64,000 nucleotides of DNA, from the NCBI GenBank assembly GCA_016204995.1, contig JACQJR010000002.1:96551-160550 (forward strand). Direction: 5' to 3'. Each line of letters begins with the position of its first letter. Within the stretch, counting starts at the first letter, position 1. The notes under the pieces were generated by a model. That model worked only from the letters and a program-made list of their open reading frames with translations. It had not been told where the DNA came from and made no database searches. A program made the position numbers and the translations under genes. Below are positions 45,366 through 54,679 of this stretch, piece after piece. Origin of the DNA: Candidatus Microgenomates bacterium. Lineage in GTDB: Bacteria; Patescibacteriota; Microgenomatia; UBA8517; JACQJR01.

Positions 45366-45399
45366 ATCATAACTATGAACTCTAAACTCATAACTAACT

Positions 45400-45573
45400 A
45401 TGGCTAAAAAGGGAGCAAGACAATTAATCGCCTGGGTGTGTTCCGTTTGTAAATCGCAAAATTATATTAGCGAAAAAAATAAAACCAATACACCAGATAA
45501 AATGAAAATAAATAAATTTTGTAAAAAATGCCGCAAACACACCGAGCATCGCGAAAGCGATAAATTAGACTAA
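45400..45573 (+). CDS. rpmG: 50S ribosomal protein L33 (zinc-ribbon type)
   Basis: 57-aa ORF not in the provided track: MAKKGARQLIAWVCSVCKSQNYISEKNKTNTPDKMKINKFCKKCRKHTEHRE. Matches L33 C4-type (C..C..NYI..KNK...P....KFC..C.KHT.H.E). Conserved position just before tRNA-Trp-secE-nusG. Confidence 0.7.
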   Translation: MAKKGARQLIAWVCSVCKSQNYISEKNKTNTPDKMKINKFCKKCRKHTEHRESDKLD

Positions 45574-45580
45574 GAAGTTT

Positions 45581-45652
45581 TAGGGGTGTGGTGAAATGGT
45601 ATCACAGCAGTCTCCAAAACTGCTTTTTCAGGTTCGAATCCTGACACCCCTG
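45581..45652 (+). tRNA. tRNA-Trp (anticodon CCA)
   Basis: Acceptor AGGGGTG/CACCCCT, D-arm GTGA-AATGGTA-TCAC, anticodon stem GCAGT/ACTGC with loop CTCCAAA, T-arm TCAGG-TTCGAAT-CCTGA. Confidence 0.7.
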
Positions 45653-45780
45653 CTACGTTCAGCTCGCTATTAACATGGCTCTTGAACGTAGTAAACCACA
45701 ATTTTATCTGTTATTTGAGGATCTATTTGAAATATTGCGAGCATGAACCGTAGCCTGCTACAAATCAGCTCATTTCATTC

Positions 45781-46059
45781 GTGATTGTAGCGAGCTATAC
45801 TTATTTCGTATACTACTTTTACATTCTCCGCAGCCTTAAAAATGGAAAGTTATACCTCGGTCAAACTTCCGACCTAAAAGCAAGAGTTAAATCCCACAAT
45901 AATGGAGAAAATAAAGCAACAAAACCAAATATCCCTTATGAACTTATCTTTTATTCTGCTTTCAAAGATGAAAAGGATGCAATTAATTGCGAAAAATATT
46001 TTAAGACAACAGCAGGCTGGAAAAGAATTCATAAAATGCTTGAGAACATAATAAAATAA
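45781..46059 (+). CDS. GIY-YIG nuclease-domain protein (small, stand-alone)
   Basis: YFYILRS..GKLYLGQTSDLKARVKSHNNG..E.Y.K matches the GIY-YIG (YxY..G.YIG.T.DL..R...H) pattern. The N-terminal ~10 codons of the ORF may not be translated. Confidence 0.55.
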   Translation: MIVASYTYFVYYFYILRSLKNGKLYLGQTSDLKARVKSHNNGENKATKPNIPYELIFYSAFKDEKDAINCEKYFKTTAGWKRIHKMLENIIK

Positions 46060-46127
46060 TACCTTCCAATGCGCTCTCTATTTGCTATAATCAGCTTTAT
46101 GGAAGAACAAAATCAACTAATCAACCA

Positions 46128-46610
46128 ATGAATGATAATCTTCACGAGGTAGCTATTACTGCGATCATCATTAAGGAGAATAAATATTTAATCATTAGAA
46201 GATCGCCTACTAAAAAGCGTTTTCCGGGCATGTGGACAGTGCCGGGCGGCAAACTGGAAACTACAGATTATCTTAATCTTCCAAAAGACACTAAAGATTA
46301 CTGGTACAATGTTTTAGAAAAAACCTTGGCCAGAGAAGTTAAGGAAGAAGTCGGCATAGAAATTAAAAATGTGGAATATTTAACCAGCCTTGCGACAGTT
46401 CATCCGGACGGCGCGCCATCACTCGTCATCTCCTGCACTGCCGAATATCAAGCCGGGGAAATTCAGCTACAAGCTGAAGAAGTAGATGAATTTGCCTGGG
46501 TCACACTTACCGAAGCCCAAAGTTACAACTTAATTGACGGTATTTTGGATGAGTTGGTTATGGCCGAGCAAAAACTCCACGGTCTTAAATCTGAATGGAA
46601 ACGCCATTGA
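46128..46610 (+). CDS. NUDIX hydrolase
   Basis: Nudix box GGKLETTDY..TLAREVKEEVGIE. Confidence 0.75.
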   Translation: MNDNLHEVAITAIIIKENKYLIIRRSPTKKRFPGMWTVPGGKLETTDYLNLPKDTKDYWYNVLEKTLAREVKEEVGIEIKNVEYLTSLATVHPDGAPSLVISCTAEYQAGEIQLQAEEVDEFAWVTLTEAQSYNLIDGILDELVMAEQKLHGLKSEWKRH

Positions 46611-46641
46611 CATCTTTTTAAACTTCGCCTATATTTTTACA

Positions 46642-47256
46642 ATGACCGAAAGAGTCAGTCGCGAGCGACGATATAATCCTCGTCAGGCGTCCGAAAAATT
46701 AATCCAGTGCATGCGCAGAATTCCCATCAATACCTTTGATGAAGATTATGAAGATGAATATGGTAATGAATCACCAGTCGGCGCTTTACAAAAAATAGAT
46801 GCAGAATCAAGAATAACCACCGACATCGAAATAGAAGAAAGAACTGTATCTCGCAGAACTAAATCTGAACATAAAGATAAATTACTGATAAAAGTGGCAG
46901 AAGTTATTGATGTGGCGCCGATAACTTCCAGTTGTAAAAAGGCTATTAAAAGAGGTTTTGCCGATTTATATATCGCTGGAATTGATGAAGATAGAGAAAC
47001 TGTAGATGAAATTCCGGACGAATTCTATTATTTCACCCTCTTAACAGGTCTTAAAGAAAACGGTTCTTTTGAAATATTTTTTGATCATACTGGTCAGCAA
47101 GAAGTCAAGGCTTATCGGATGTATCTGGGAGATTATTTACATAAAACAGTGATGGAGCCCAATGCAGATTACCGCAAAGAAATAAAATTCTTACAAAAAT
47201 GGCGTCGGCAATATATTGACCGTTACCACCGGCCACCTCTTCCCTTTGCAATGTAA
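46642..47256 (+). CDS. hypothetical protein
   Basis: Start moved to the internal ATG after the NUDIX stop. About 204 aa. No domain recognised. Confidence 0.4.
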   Translation: MTERVSRERRYNPRQASEKLIQCMRRIPINTFDEDYEDEYGNESPVGALQKIDAESRITTDIEIEERTVSRRTKSEHKDKLLIKVAEVIDVAPITSSCKKAIKRGFADLYIAGIDEDRETVDEIPDEFYYFTLLTGLKENGSFEIFFDHTGQQEVKAYRMYLGDYLHKTVMEPNADYRKEIKFLQKWRRQYIDRYHRPPLPFAM

Positions 47257-47373
47257 TCTTCCTTTAACTGTATGTTCCCGTAAATATCCGCTATCGACTT
47301 CTTTCTAAATGAGTATTTAGAAACATTCAACTCAACCCCGATTGAATCGGTCCCGATTAGATCGGGATCAGGG

Positions 47374-47403
47374 TTGACATGAACAATATCGATTTGGTAT
47401 GTT
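47374..47403 (+). promoter_or_regulatory. sigma70-like promoter (TTGACA-N18-TATGTT) preceded by two tandem palindromes
   Basis: CCGATTGAATCGG and CCCGATTAGATCGGG lie immediately upstream of the -35. Drives gene 47412..47843. Confidence 0.4.
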
Positions 47404-47411
47404 AATTAACG

Positions 47412-47843
47412 ATGCCCTCAAACGCCTTACCATTTTTGCTTCAAGTTAAGCACTATCCCAAGAAAACTAAAATCCTGCTACGTCTTTTTGGCCAAAAATT
47501 TTATACCAGCGAAGTGCCGATTTTGCCGGAAATTCTGAAAAACACCTTACCTACTATTTTTAAGGCTCAATGTTTCAACGAACAAAAACTACCCTTCCAT
47601 AAGGAAGTGCAAAATACCGAGCTGGGTCATCTCTTTGAGCATATCCTACTGGAGTATCTTTGTGATTTAAAATTCAGTAAAGGCAAAGATTATGTTTCTT
47701 TTTCCGGCCATACTGACTGGAATTGGCAACGCGATCCCCGCGGCACCTTTCATATCACGGTCAGTAGCAGGGCGCACGAAGCCGATTTATTTCAAACCGC
47801 TCTTTCTAAAAGCACCCTGCTATTTAACCGACTGCTCGCTTAA
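47412..47843 (+). CDS. hypothetical protein (HxxEH motif)
   Basis: 143-aa ORF with a HLFEHILLEY motif. No domain confidently recognised. Confidence 0.4.
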   Translation: MPSNALPFLLQVKHYPKKTKILLRLFGQKFYTSEVPILPEILKNTLPTIFKAQCFNEQKLPFHKEVQNTELGHLFEHILLEYLCDLKFSKGKDYVSFSGHTDWNWQRDPRGTFHITVSSRAHEADLFQTALSKSTLLFNRLLA

Positions 47844-47998
47844 TACTCTTCCTCCTCGCCCCAACGATTCATTAAATCGCGAAAGCTAGACTTTGATCGT
47901 TGGCCACGGGAAGCTTTGCCACCTTTTCTAGCAATCGCCCGCCTCTTCTCTTTGGACATCGCCGCAAAACCGCGTCTGCTTTTAACTATGGTCGCCAT
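47840..47998 (-). CDS. KGG-repeat small stress-protein-like (YciG/con-10 type)
   Basis: 52-aa ORF not in the track: MATIVKSRRGFAAMSKEKRRAIARKGGKASRGQRSKSSFRDLMNRWGEEEEY. Has the GFAAM...RKGGKAS motif of KGG stress-induced proteins. Its stop overlaps the stop of the converging gene. Confidence 0.45.
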   Translation of the reverse strand: MATIVKSRRGFAAMSKEKRRAIARKGGKASRGQRSKSSFRDLMNRWGEEEEY

Positions 47999-48159
47999 AT
48001 TTATTCTCACCTCCTCTCATAGTTTCCACAGTACCAACCATAGTTAAGAATTAAACTAATGGTTAGTAATGTTTAAGTAAGAGTTTCTGTGGTGTAAGTC
48101 CTTTGTCGTTTAAAAGAACAACTTGCCCGCTAAAAACTAATCTGTGTTATACTTTCTAG

Positions 48160-48720
48160 ATGAAGATTAAAGATTTTCGTGAGCGACCGCTCCTATTCAT
48201 TGATTTAGAAATGTCCGGCCTTAATCCTTTGATCCATGAAATTTTAGAAGTTGGGGTATTAGTAGTAGATGGCAAGACTTTGGGAATAAAAGCCGAGTAT
48301 GAAGCCAAAGTCAAACCAGAACATATTGAAACTGCCGATCCGCTGGCCCTGCGTATCAATGGCTATAAAACAGAAAACTGGAAAGACGCTAAACCATTAA
48401 AAAAAATTTTAGAAGATTTAAATAAACTGGCCCCCGAGGGCATGATTGTTGGTTTTAACGTCGTCTTTGACTCCATGTTTTTAGATTTGGGATTTCGTAA
48501 ATTTAATATCAAGCCCAACTTTGATTACCATATTTTAGATGTCTTAAGTTTGGCCTGGGCTTATGTTTTACCTGACAGTAACGTCCACGAAGTAAAACTA
48601 TCAACTCTTTGTAAACATTTTGGCATTGAGCGAAAAGAAAAACACCGGGCGTTGGCAGATATTAAGGCGACATACGAGCTTTTTACAAAGCTCATGGGCA
48701 TTAGGCAATTGGGTAATTAG
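48160..48720 (+). CDS. DEDDh 3'-5' exonuclease (DnaQ/epsilon-like)
   Basis: Exo I (LFIDLEMSGLNP..EILEVG), Exo II, Exo III (HRALADIKATYELF). Confidence 0.75.
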   Translation: MKIKDFRERPLLFIDLEMSGLNPLIHEILEVGVLVVDGKTLGIKAEYEAKVKPEHIETADPLALRINGYKTENWKDAKPLKKILEDLNKLAPEGMIVGFNVVFDSMFLDLGFRKFNIKPNFDYHILDVLSLAWAYVLPDSNVHEVKLSTLCKHFGIERKEKHRALADIKATYELFTKLMGIRQLGN

Positions 48721-48982
48721 GCTATTAGGTTTTCTGACCTAGGAGCCAAAGAGCCTAACGCCCTAAAAGCCTATTACTCCAGCTTTCTACAAATTCTTTC
48801 CGATCGCAAATAAAACAAATAAAATGTCAAGTTTCAGGTGTCCTACCTAAACCACCTCTAAGGTGATTAATCCTTGACACCTATTTAACCAAAGAAAAAA
48901 GCGCTCTTGGTATAAAACCCATCATTAAAAAATGATGTCCGATTACTCGGCAAGAGCGCTTACTAATTTAGTTGCGAGATTG

Positions 48983-49171
48983 TTACCTCCTTACAGAATG
49001 GCGATGACGCCGGATTTTTACAATTTGATCCGCTGCCAATATCAGGAAAAGCAGGAAAACCACAAACCAGCCGGTCACTATTGGGTTTGTTAGAAAGAAA
49101 ACTGTCCCCACCATTGCAGTTCCCACTACCCAAGTAGCAACCCAAATCAGGATGACTGATCTAAGTGACAT
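48983..49171 (-). CDS. small membrane protein
   Basis: 62 aa, 2 TM helices. Paired with the next small membrane ORF. Confidence 0.3.
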   Translation of the reverse strand: MSLRSVILIWVATWVVGTAMVGTVFFLTNPIVTGWFVVFLLFLILAADQIVKIRRHRHSVRR

Positions 49172-49181
49172 TTCTTCCTCC

Positions 49182-49436
49182 TTATTTCTTTCCTTTGGGT
49201 GGTCTAAGCAACCATTCTCTTTGCCTAATTGCTACGCCGGTGGCAAGTAGCACAATCGCTAGCATCAATAACCAAGGAACTGAATCGCTTGTCAATACGC
49301 GCGGTAGCACTATAACGGAGACGAGAATCGCGATGGCAAAAATTGCCCGCCACATTTTATTTCTCCCTTCAATTTTCTTCGCAACTAATTTTTTAAAGAG
49401 CCAACATCTCAAATTAAGTCCAGCTTTTAGACTCAC
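49182..49436 (-). CDS. small membrane protein
   Basis: 84 aa, 2 TM helices. Confidence 0.3.
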   Translation of the reverse strand: MSLKAGLNLRCWLFKKLVAKKIEGRNKMWRAIFAIAILVSVIVLPRVLTSDSVPWLLMLAIVLLATGVAIRQREWLLRPPKGKK

Positions 49437-49482
49437 ATGAGTTGTCAGGACAATTATAGCACCGCCGCTTTTGAAAACAAAT

Positions 49483-50352
49483 TTACTTGGAGATAGTTTC
49501 TATTAAAAACTTTTTGAAGGGAGCGCCTAAATCTTCTCTATCTAAAGCAAATTCTACCGTAGCTTTTAAGTAATTCAAGGGGTCGCCTGTCGTCAGCCAT
49601 TGCCCTTCTACCTTAGCCGCCAAGACGCGCCCTCTTTTGGCAAAAGCAGAAATGGCATCAGCTACCCACAGCTCATTATTTTTACCCAGTTTTTTGGGAT
49701 TTAAATACTTAAAAATTTTCTTGTTTAATATGTAGCGGCCAAATACAGCTAGATTGGAGGGCGCCTTCCCTATCTCAGGTTTTTCCACCACCGATTCTAC
49801 CACCATTTCGCTACCTTCCTTCAATTTAAGAATGCCATATCTATCAACTTCACTAGGAGTTACCTCTTGGCACCCAACCACCCAAGCCGGCGTTTTCTTC
49901 CAAATATTAATTAATTGCTTCGTAGCAGGAATTTCGCTTTTAACCAAATCGTCACCAAACATATAGACAAACGGCTCACCATTATTGATTAAATCGCGAG
50001 CCACGAGTAATGGACTAGCATTGCCATAGGGATAATTTTTGGTCTGGCGTAAGTAAACAAAATTGGCCAGCTTGGTAATTCTTCTCACTTCTTCCAGCAT
50101 TTTTTTCTTGCCGGCTACTTCCAGCATTAACTCAAGTTCCACGTTAGAATCAAAATGATCGGCTACGGCATGTGATCCGGCCCTCGTCACAATAATAATA
50201 TCGCGGATGCCGGAGTCAACCGCCTCCTCTACTAAATATTGAATGATAGGCTTATCAATTAAGGGAAGCATTTCTTTGGGTTGAACTTTAGTGGCTGGGA
50301 GAAATCTGGTTCCGTAGCCGGCGGCCGCAATAATCGCCTTCTTAATGCGCAT
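49483..50352 (-). CDS. galU: UTP--glucose-1-phosphate uridylyltransferase
   Basis: N-terminus KAIIAAAGYGTRFLPATK..KEMLP typical of GalU. Confidence 0.85.
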   Translation of the reverse strand: MRIKKAIIAAAGYGTRFLPATKVQPKEMLPLIDKPIIQYLVEEAVDSGIRDIIIVTRAGSHAVADHFDSNVELELMLEVAGKKKMLEEVRRITKLANFVYLRQTKNYPYGNASPLLVARDLINNGEPFVYMFGDDLVKSEIPATKQLINIWKKTPAWVVGCQEVTPSEVDRYGILKLKEGSEMVVESVVEKPEIGKAPSNLAVFGRYILNKKIFKYLNPKKLGKNNELWVADAISAFAKRGRVLAAKVEGQWLTTGDPLNYLKATVEFALDREDLGAPFKKFLIETISK

Positions 50353-50417
50353 ACCTTAAATAGGGTATCACTCTTTTCTCTTGCGGGCAAGCATGATTTT
50401 GTGCTACAATTACTCTC

Positions 50418-50603
50418 GTGCAACAAGTTGTATTGTTTGCCCGCGGAGTTCGGGAGGAATTTAATAAAATCACCTGGCCCACCAGAGCTGAAGCAATCAG
50501 ATTATCGGTAATTGTGATTGTCATTTCTCTGGCAGTCGGCGCTTTAGTCGGTGGTCTTGATTTCGTCTTTACGAACTTCGTCAACGCCCTAATAAAAAAA
50601 TGA
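50418..50603 (+). CDS. secE: preprotein translocase subunit SecE
   Basis: EEFNKITWPTRAEAIRLS followed by a single TM helix. GTG start very close to an extended -10 (TTGTGCTACAAT), so possibly leaderless. Confidence 0.75.
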   Translation: MQQVVLFARGVREEFNKITWPTRAEAIRLSVIVIVISLAVGALVGGLDFVFTNFVNALIKK

Positions 50604-51220
50604 TCATGAACGACGAACAAACTACTCAAATTCAAGAACGAGGTATGGGGGGTAAAAATTTGCCCGGCCGTGTTGTCATTAATGAAAATGCGCCAGCCAA
50701 TGCCGCCTGGTTTGTAGTGCACACTACCTCGGGACATGAGGCTCGCGTCAGCGAAACCCTACGCCAAAGGCTGGAAACCATGGATTTGACTGACCGCATT
50801 TTTGAAATTCTGATTCCCACCCAAGATCGAGTGGTGATTAAAACCGGCAAAAAGCAAACCATTAAGGAAAAGATTTTCCCCGGTTATTTATTGATTAAAA
50901 TGGTGATGGATGATAATGTCTGGTTGGCCATCCGCACCACTCCCGGCATCACTGGTTTTGTCGGCGCCGACACTAAACCTTTGCCGATCTCGGAAAAAGA
51001 GGTGGAAAACATTGAAAAATTCGTTTCGTCTCCGGCCCCGCGCTATAAAACCCGCTTTTCTACCGGCGAAGCAGTTAGAATTACTGACGGTCCATTCGCT
51101 GATTTTTTAGGATCTATTTCCGAAATTGATGAGGAAAAAGGCAAGGTCAAAGTGTTGGTTTCCATCTTCGGCCGCGAAACGCCAGTGGAGCTGGACTTTT
51201 TACAAATCGCTAAAGTTTAA
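50600..51220 (+). CDS. nusG: transcription termination/antitermination factor NusG
   Basis: NGN domain (AWFVVHTTSGHE) and KOW domain (GEAVRITDGPFADFLG). Confidence 0.9.
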   Translation: MIMNDEQTTQIQERGMGGKNLPGRVVINENAPANAAWFVVHTTSGHEARVSETLRQRLETMDLTDRIFEILIPTQDRVVIKTGKKQTIKEKIFPGYLLIKMVMDDNVWLAIRTTPGITGFVGADTKPLPISEKEVENIEKFVSSPAPRYKTRFSTGEAVRITDGPFADFLGSISEIDEEKGKVKVLVSIFGRETPVELDFLQIAKV

Positions 51221-51224
51221 AATT

Positions 51225-51458
51225 ATGGTAAAAGAAATCTTAATAAATCAGGGCGAAAGTTATTTCAGCAGAAGATCCAGTCAGATTACACTGTTTGAGA
51301 GTCATAACTTATTTGGCACACTCAAATTGGTGGTGGAACATCACAAAATTGTTAAAGGTCATAGTTCGGATGATCCCGCCGTTAAACGCTGGAGAGAGTT
51401 TCACTGGGATTACATTTCACCAGAAGTACCAGAACCAAAACACCGTAAAAGAGGATAA
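51225..51458 (+). CDS. possible small ORF in the nusG-rplK spacer
   Basis: 78 codons from ATG at 51225. No SD. Could be untranslated L11-leader sequence. Confidence 0.2.
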   Translation: MVKEILINQGESYFSRRSSQITLFESHNLFGTLKLVVEHHKIVKGHSSDDPAVKRWREFHWDYISPEVPEPKHRKRG

Positions 51459-51463
51459 TAAAT

Positions 51464-51886
51464 ATGGCTAAAAAAGTTAAAGCAATTGTTAAAGTCAATT
51501 TACCGGCAGGAGCAGCCACACCGGCGCCGCCACTGGGTCCGGCTTTGGGTCAACACGGTGTGGCTATCATGGATTTTGTCCGGGAATATAATGACAAAAC
51601 AGCGGGTAATAAGGGTCAAATCATCCCGGCGGTGATTACTATCTATGAAGACAGAAGTTTCTCATTTGTGACTAAACTTCCCCCAGTATCTGAACTTATT
51701 AAAAAGGAATTAAATTTAGAAAAAGGGGCTGGCAATGTTGGCCGGGAAACCGTTGGCACTTTATCTTCCGCCCAGCTTACTCAAATTGCCGAAAGTAAAA
51801 TGGCCGATTTAAACAGCCGCGATTTGGAAGCGGCCAAGAAAATCGTGGCAGGTACTGCCAGAAGTATGGGAGTCAAAATTCAATAA
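51464..51886 (+). CDS. rplK: 50S ribosomal protein L11
   Basis: Canonical L11 N-terminus ([30 protein letters not shown]). Confidence 0.9.
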   Translation: MAKKVKAIVKVNLPAGAATPAPPLGPALGQHGVAIMDFVREYNDKTAGNKGQIIPAVITIYEDRSFSFVTKLPPVSELIKKELNLEKGAGNVGRETVGTLSSAQLTQIAESKMADLNSRDLEAAKKIVAGTARSMGVKIQ

Positions 51887-51887
51887 T

Positions 51888-52685
51888 ATGGGAAAAACTA
51901 AAACGGCTTTTATTGGCGAAACTTCCGCGGAAGAACAACAAAAGGAAGCTAAAATCCGCGCCAAAAAAATCGCCGCTAAAAAAGAAAAAGGCATTCGTGT
52001 TCCTGGTCTTAAAGGCGGAGAACGAGTGGTAGCAGTCGGTGGCGAAGTTATCTCGGCCAGTGAAACTACAGAAAATAAAACAGAAGATAAGGCTGTTAAA
52101 ATCCACAAACGCGGCAAAAAATATTTACAAAGCCGAATGTTAGTTGATCCCACTAAAACTTATCCGGTGAGAGACGCAGTAGAGCTGGCCCAAAAATCTT
52201 CCTACTCCAGATTTCCTGGCCAGTTAGAATTACACATGAACGTAGTCAAAAAGGGTCGTTATGAAATTAATTTACCACATTCAACAGGAACTACTAAAAA
52301 AGTGGAAATAGCAAATGATGAAACGATTGCTAAATTAGAAAAAGGTGTGGTTGATTTTGATGTCTTAATTTCTTCACCCACCTTTTTGCCAAAATTAGTA
52401 CCATTTGCCCGATTGCTTGGACCTAAAGGTCTAATGCCCAACCCTAAAAACGGCACTTTGACTGATAACACCCAAGCGGCGGCTGAAAAATTTTCCGGCA
52501 ATACCCTCATCCTTCAAACTGAAAAAGACGTGCCGGTTATTCATACGGTGGTTGGCAAAATTTCCGATGCCCCGAATGATTTATCCGATAACGTCAAAGC
52601 GGTCCTGGCTGGCCTTGGCGAACGCGCTATTCAGAAAGCAATTTTGAAAGCCACCATGGGTCCGGCTGTCAAAATAGCAATATGA
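51888..52685 (+). CDS. rplA: 50S ribosomal protein L1 (with ~35-aa basic N-terminal extension)
   Basis: L1 core from KRGKKYLQSRMLVD onward. Lys/Ala-rich extension at the N-terminus. Confidence 0.85.
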   Translation: MGKTKTAFIGETSAEEQQKEAKIRAKKIAAKKEKGIRVPGLKGGERVVAVGGEVISASETTENKTEDKAVKIHKRGKKYLQSRMLVDPTKTYPVRDAVELAQKSSYSRFPGQLELHMNVVKKGRYEINLPHSTGTTKKVEIANDETIAKLEKGVVDFDVLISSPTFLPKLVPFARLLGPKGLMPNPKNGTLTDNTQAAAEKFSGNTLILQTEKDVPVIHTVVGKISDAPNDLSDNVKAVLAGLGERAIQKAILKATMGPAVKIAI

Positions 52686-53887
52686 CTATCCGCGAACTAG
52701 AAAAAGTAGAAAATATTTTTGATAAAACCTCCCCCCTTGACCGCGTGGAAGTTGATGATATTCAGGGAATCTACATGCAGGAAATCAATGGACCGCTATT
52801 AACCGCCTCAGAAGAAAAAACCTTCGCTCAGGCCATGGAGAAGGGCAAAATTCTCGACCGCCTGGCGCTGACTCTAGAGAAAATCGCCGAAATGGATTCT
52901 ACTATGAAAATAGAAGCAGCGGACTTTGTAGTTAATAACGTCATAGACAGATTGCAAATTGGGCCTTTTGTAGAATTAATATATAAAGAAGAAACTGGCG
53001 AAGAAATTGAACAACAAGGTTATCAGCAGGTAGAGTCTTTAGAGATTATAGACCCGGCCGGACTTTGCTCTCAACTGGAACTGGCGAAAACTCAACAAGA
53101 ACTGGCCAGGAAGAAAATGATTGAATCCAACTTACGCCTGGTAGTTTCTGTGGCCGCCAGATATATGAACCGCGGCCTACCACTATCTGATCTGGAACAA
53201 GAAGGCAATATCGGCTTAATGACGGCTGTCGCAAGATTTGACTGGAAAAGAGGTTTTAAACTTTCCACTTATGCCACTTGGTGGATCAGGCAGGCGGTAA
53301 CCCGGGCTATTGCCGATTTTGGTCGAACTATCCGTCTACCAGTTCACATTATAGACGATATTTATAGATTGCAGAAAACCAAAAGTCTTTACGCCGAAGA
53401 AATGGGTAATGAACCAACCGATGAAGAGCTGGCCAATCTTTATATGACTGAATATAATAACAAGGAAATTAGTCTTCAAAAAATCCATGAACTAAAGGTC
53501 GCCCACGCCACTACCCAAATGGTCAGATTAGACTATCAAATTAATGATGAAGGTGAAACCAGGCTAGAGTTAATACCCGATAATCAAACGATATCAGTAG
53601 AAGATCAGGCCGAACAGAGCATCACCCGGACAGAGTTGGAAAATTTATTAAATTCTGTTCCCCATTTAACGGAAAGGGAGAAAAGGGTCGTAAAATTAAG
53701 GGTCGGTTGGGATGATGGAAAAGACTTAACATTAGAATCAATTGCCGACGAATATGGTGTCACCAGAGAAAGAATTAGGCAAATTGAGGCTAAAGCCCTC
53801 AGAAAAATCAGGTATTATATAAAATTGCATCATGATAGCGTCGCTCGCAATCAGTATTCATTCCATCATCTTATTAAATATGGTTGA
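52682..53887 (+). CDS. rpoD: RNA polymerase sigma factor, primary-like (RpoD/SigA family, short N-terminus)
   Basis: Regions 2.x (YATWWIRQAVTRAIAD), 3 and 4.2 (ESIADEYGVTRERIRQIEAKALRKIR). Confidence 0.8.
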   Translation: MTIRELEKVENIFDKTSPLDRVEVDDIQGIYMQEINGPLLTASEEKTFAQAMEKGKILDRLALTLEKIAEMDSTMKIEAADFVVNNVIDRLQIGPFVELIYKEETGEEIEQQGYQQVESLEIIDPAGLCSQLELAKTQQELARKKMIESNLRLVVSVAARYMNRGLPLSDLEQEGNIGLMTAVARFDWKRGFKLSTYATWWIRQAVTRAIADFGRTIRLPVHIIDDIYRLQKTKSLYAEEMGNEPTDEELANLYMTEYNNKEISLQKIHELKVAHATTQMVRLDYQINDEGETRLELIPDNQTISVEDQAEQSITRTELENLLNSVPHLTEREKRVVKLRVGWDDGKDLTLESIADEYGVTRERIRQIEAKALRKIRYYIKLHHDSVARNQYSFHHLIKYG

Positions 53888-54194
53888 ACAATCATCAAAT
53901 TTACCGGAAGTGGAAATCCATGGCGACCATCCGCATGGGTTGGAAGATAATACTTTGACCGGCGAGGTTCTAATTGACAACATACCTTACCCCAAAGATC
54001 TGGAAAAGGTAGCCCTCCAACATCTGGAAAATAACCCCGGGATAGTAGAACATATTGAAAAAACGGGCAAAGATGTTATTGCCCTCTCTGCTCCCCACGG
54101 CCGGATTTTGAGAATCGGTATCGGTATTGCCGCCACTGTTGTAACCGGCGCTATTGGCGCTATTGTCATTTACAAACACCGCCACCACGAATAG
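53880..54194 (+). CDS. hypothetical C-terminally anchored small protein
   Basis: Internal ATG after the rpoD stop. 104 aa with a C-terminal TM helix (GIGIAATVVTGAIGAIVIY). Confidence 0.3.
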   Translation: MVEQSSNLPEVEIHGDHPHGLEDNTLTGEVLIDNIPYPKDLEKVALQHLENNPGIVEHIEKTGKDVIALSAPHGRILRIGIGIAATVVTGAIGAIVIYKHRHHE

Positions 54195-54197
54195 ATT

Positions 54198-54587
54198 TTA
54201 CTTTAGCTCTACTTTCCCGCCGGCGGCTTCTAATTTTTCTTTTGCGCTATTTGCCTCTTCCATTTTAACGTTAGTTAAAATTTCTTTAGGGGTAGTATCA
54301 GTAATATCTTTAGCTTCTTTCAAACCTAGATCGGGTTTAATTTCCCGTAAAGCTTTAATAACAGCGATTTTATTAACCCCGCTATCAGTTAAAATTACCG
54401 TAGCTTGAGTCTTAGCTTCCTCTTTTTCACCTTCGGCCGACCCAGATTGAATCGGGGCGGGAGCTGCCGCCATTGGCATCGCACTAACGCCTAATTTTTC
54501 CTGCAATTTAGTCACCAGTTCTGACAATTCTAAAACTGATAACTCGCCTACTTGATTAACTAATTCATCAACTTTAACTTTAGCCAT
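54198..54587 (-). CDS. rplL: 50S ribosomal protein L7/L12
   Basis: N-terminal dimerisation domain, Ala-rich hinge, C-terminal domain (VKAIKALREI..GLKEAKD). Confidence 0.9.
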   Translation of the reverse strand: MAKVKVDELVNQVGELSVLELSELVTKLQEKLGVSAMPMAAAPAPIQSGSAEGEKEEAKTQATVILTDSGVNKIAVIKALREIKPDLGLKEAKDITDTTPKEILTNVKMEEANSAKEKLEAAGGKVELK

Positions 54588-54679
54588 TTAATTCTTCACC
54601 ACCTTTCATAATAAATTCGAAATCACAAATCCGAAATACTAAATAAATTCAAAAGTTTTGAATTTTGAAAATTCAAATT

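Noticed and set aside
51126-51458. ORF 51126..51458 overlapping the nusG 3' end
   Set aside because: Its first 95 nt lie inside nusG in another frame. Only the internal ATG at 51225 could be real, and it is listed separately at low confidence.
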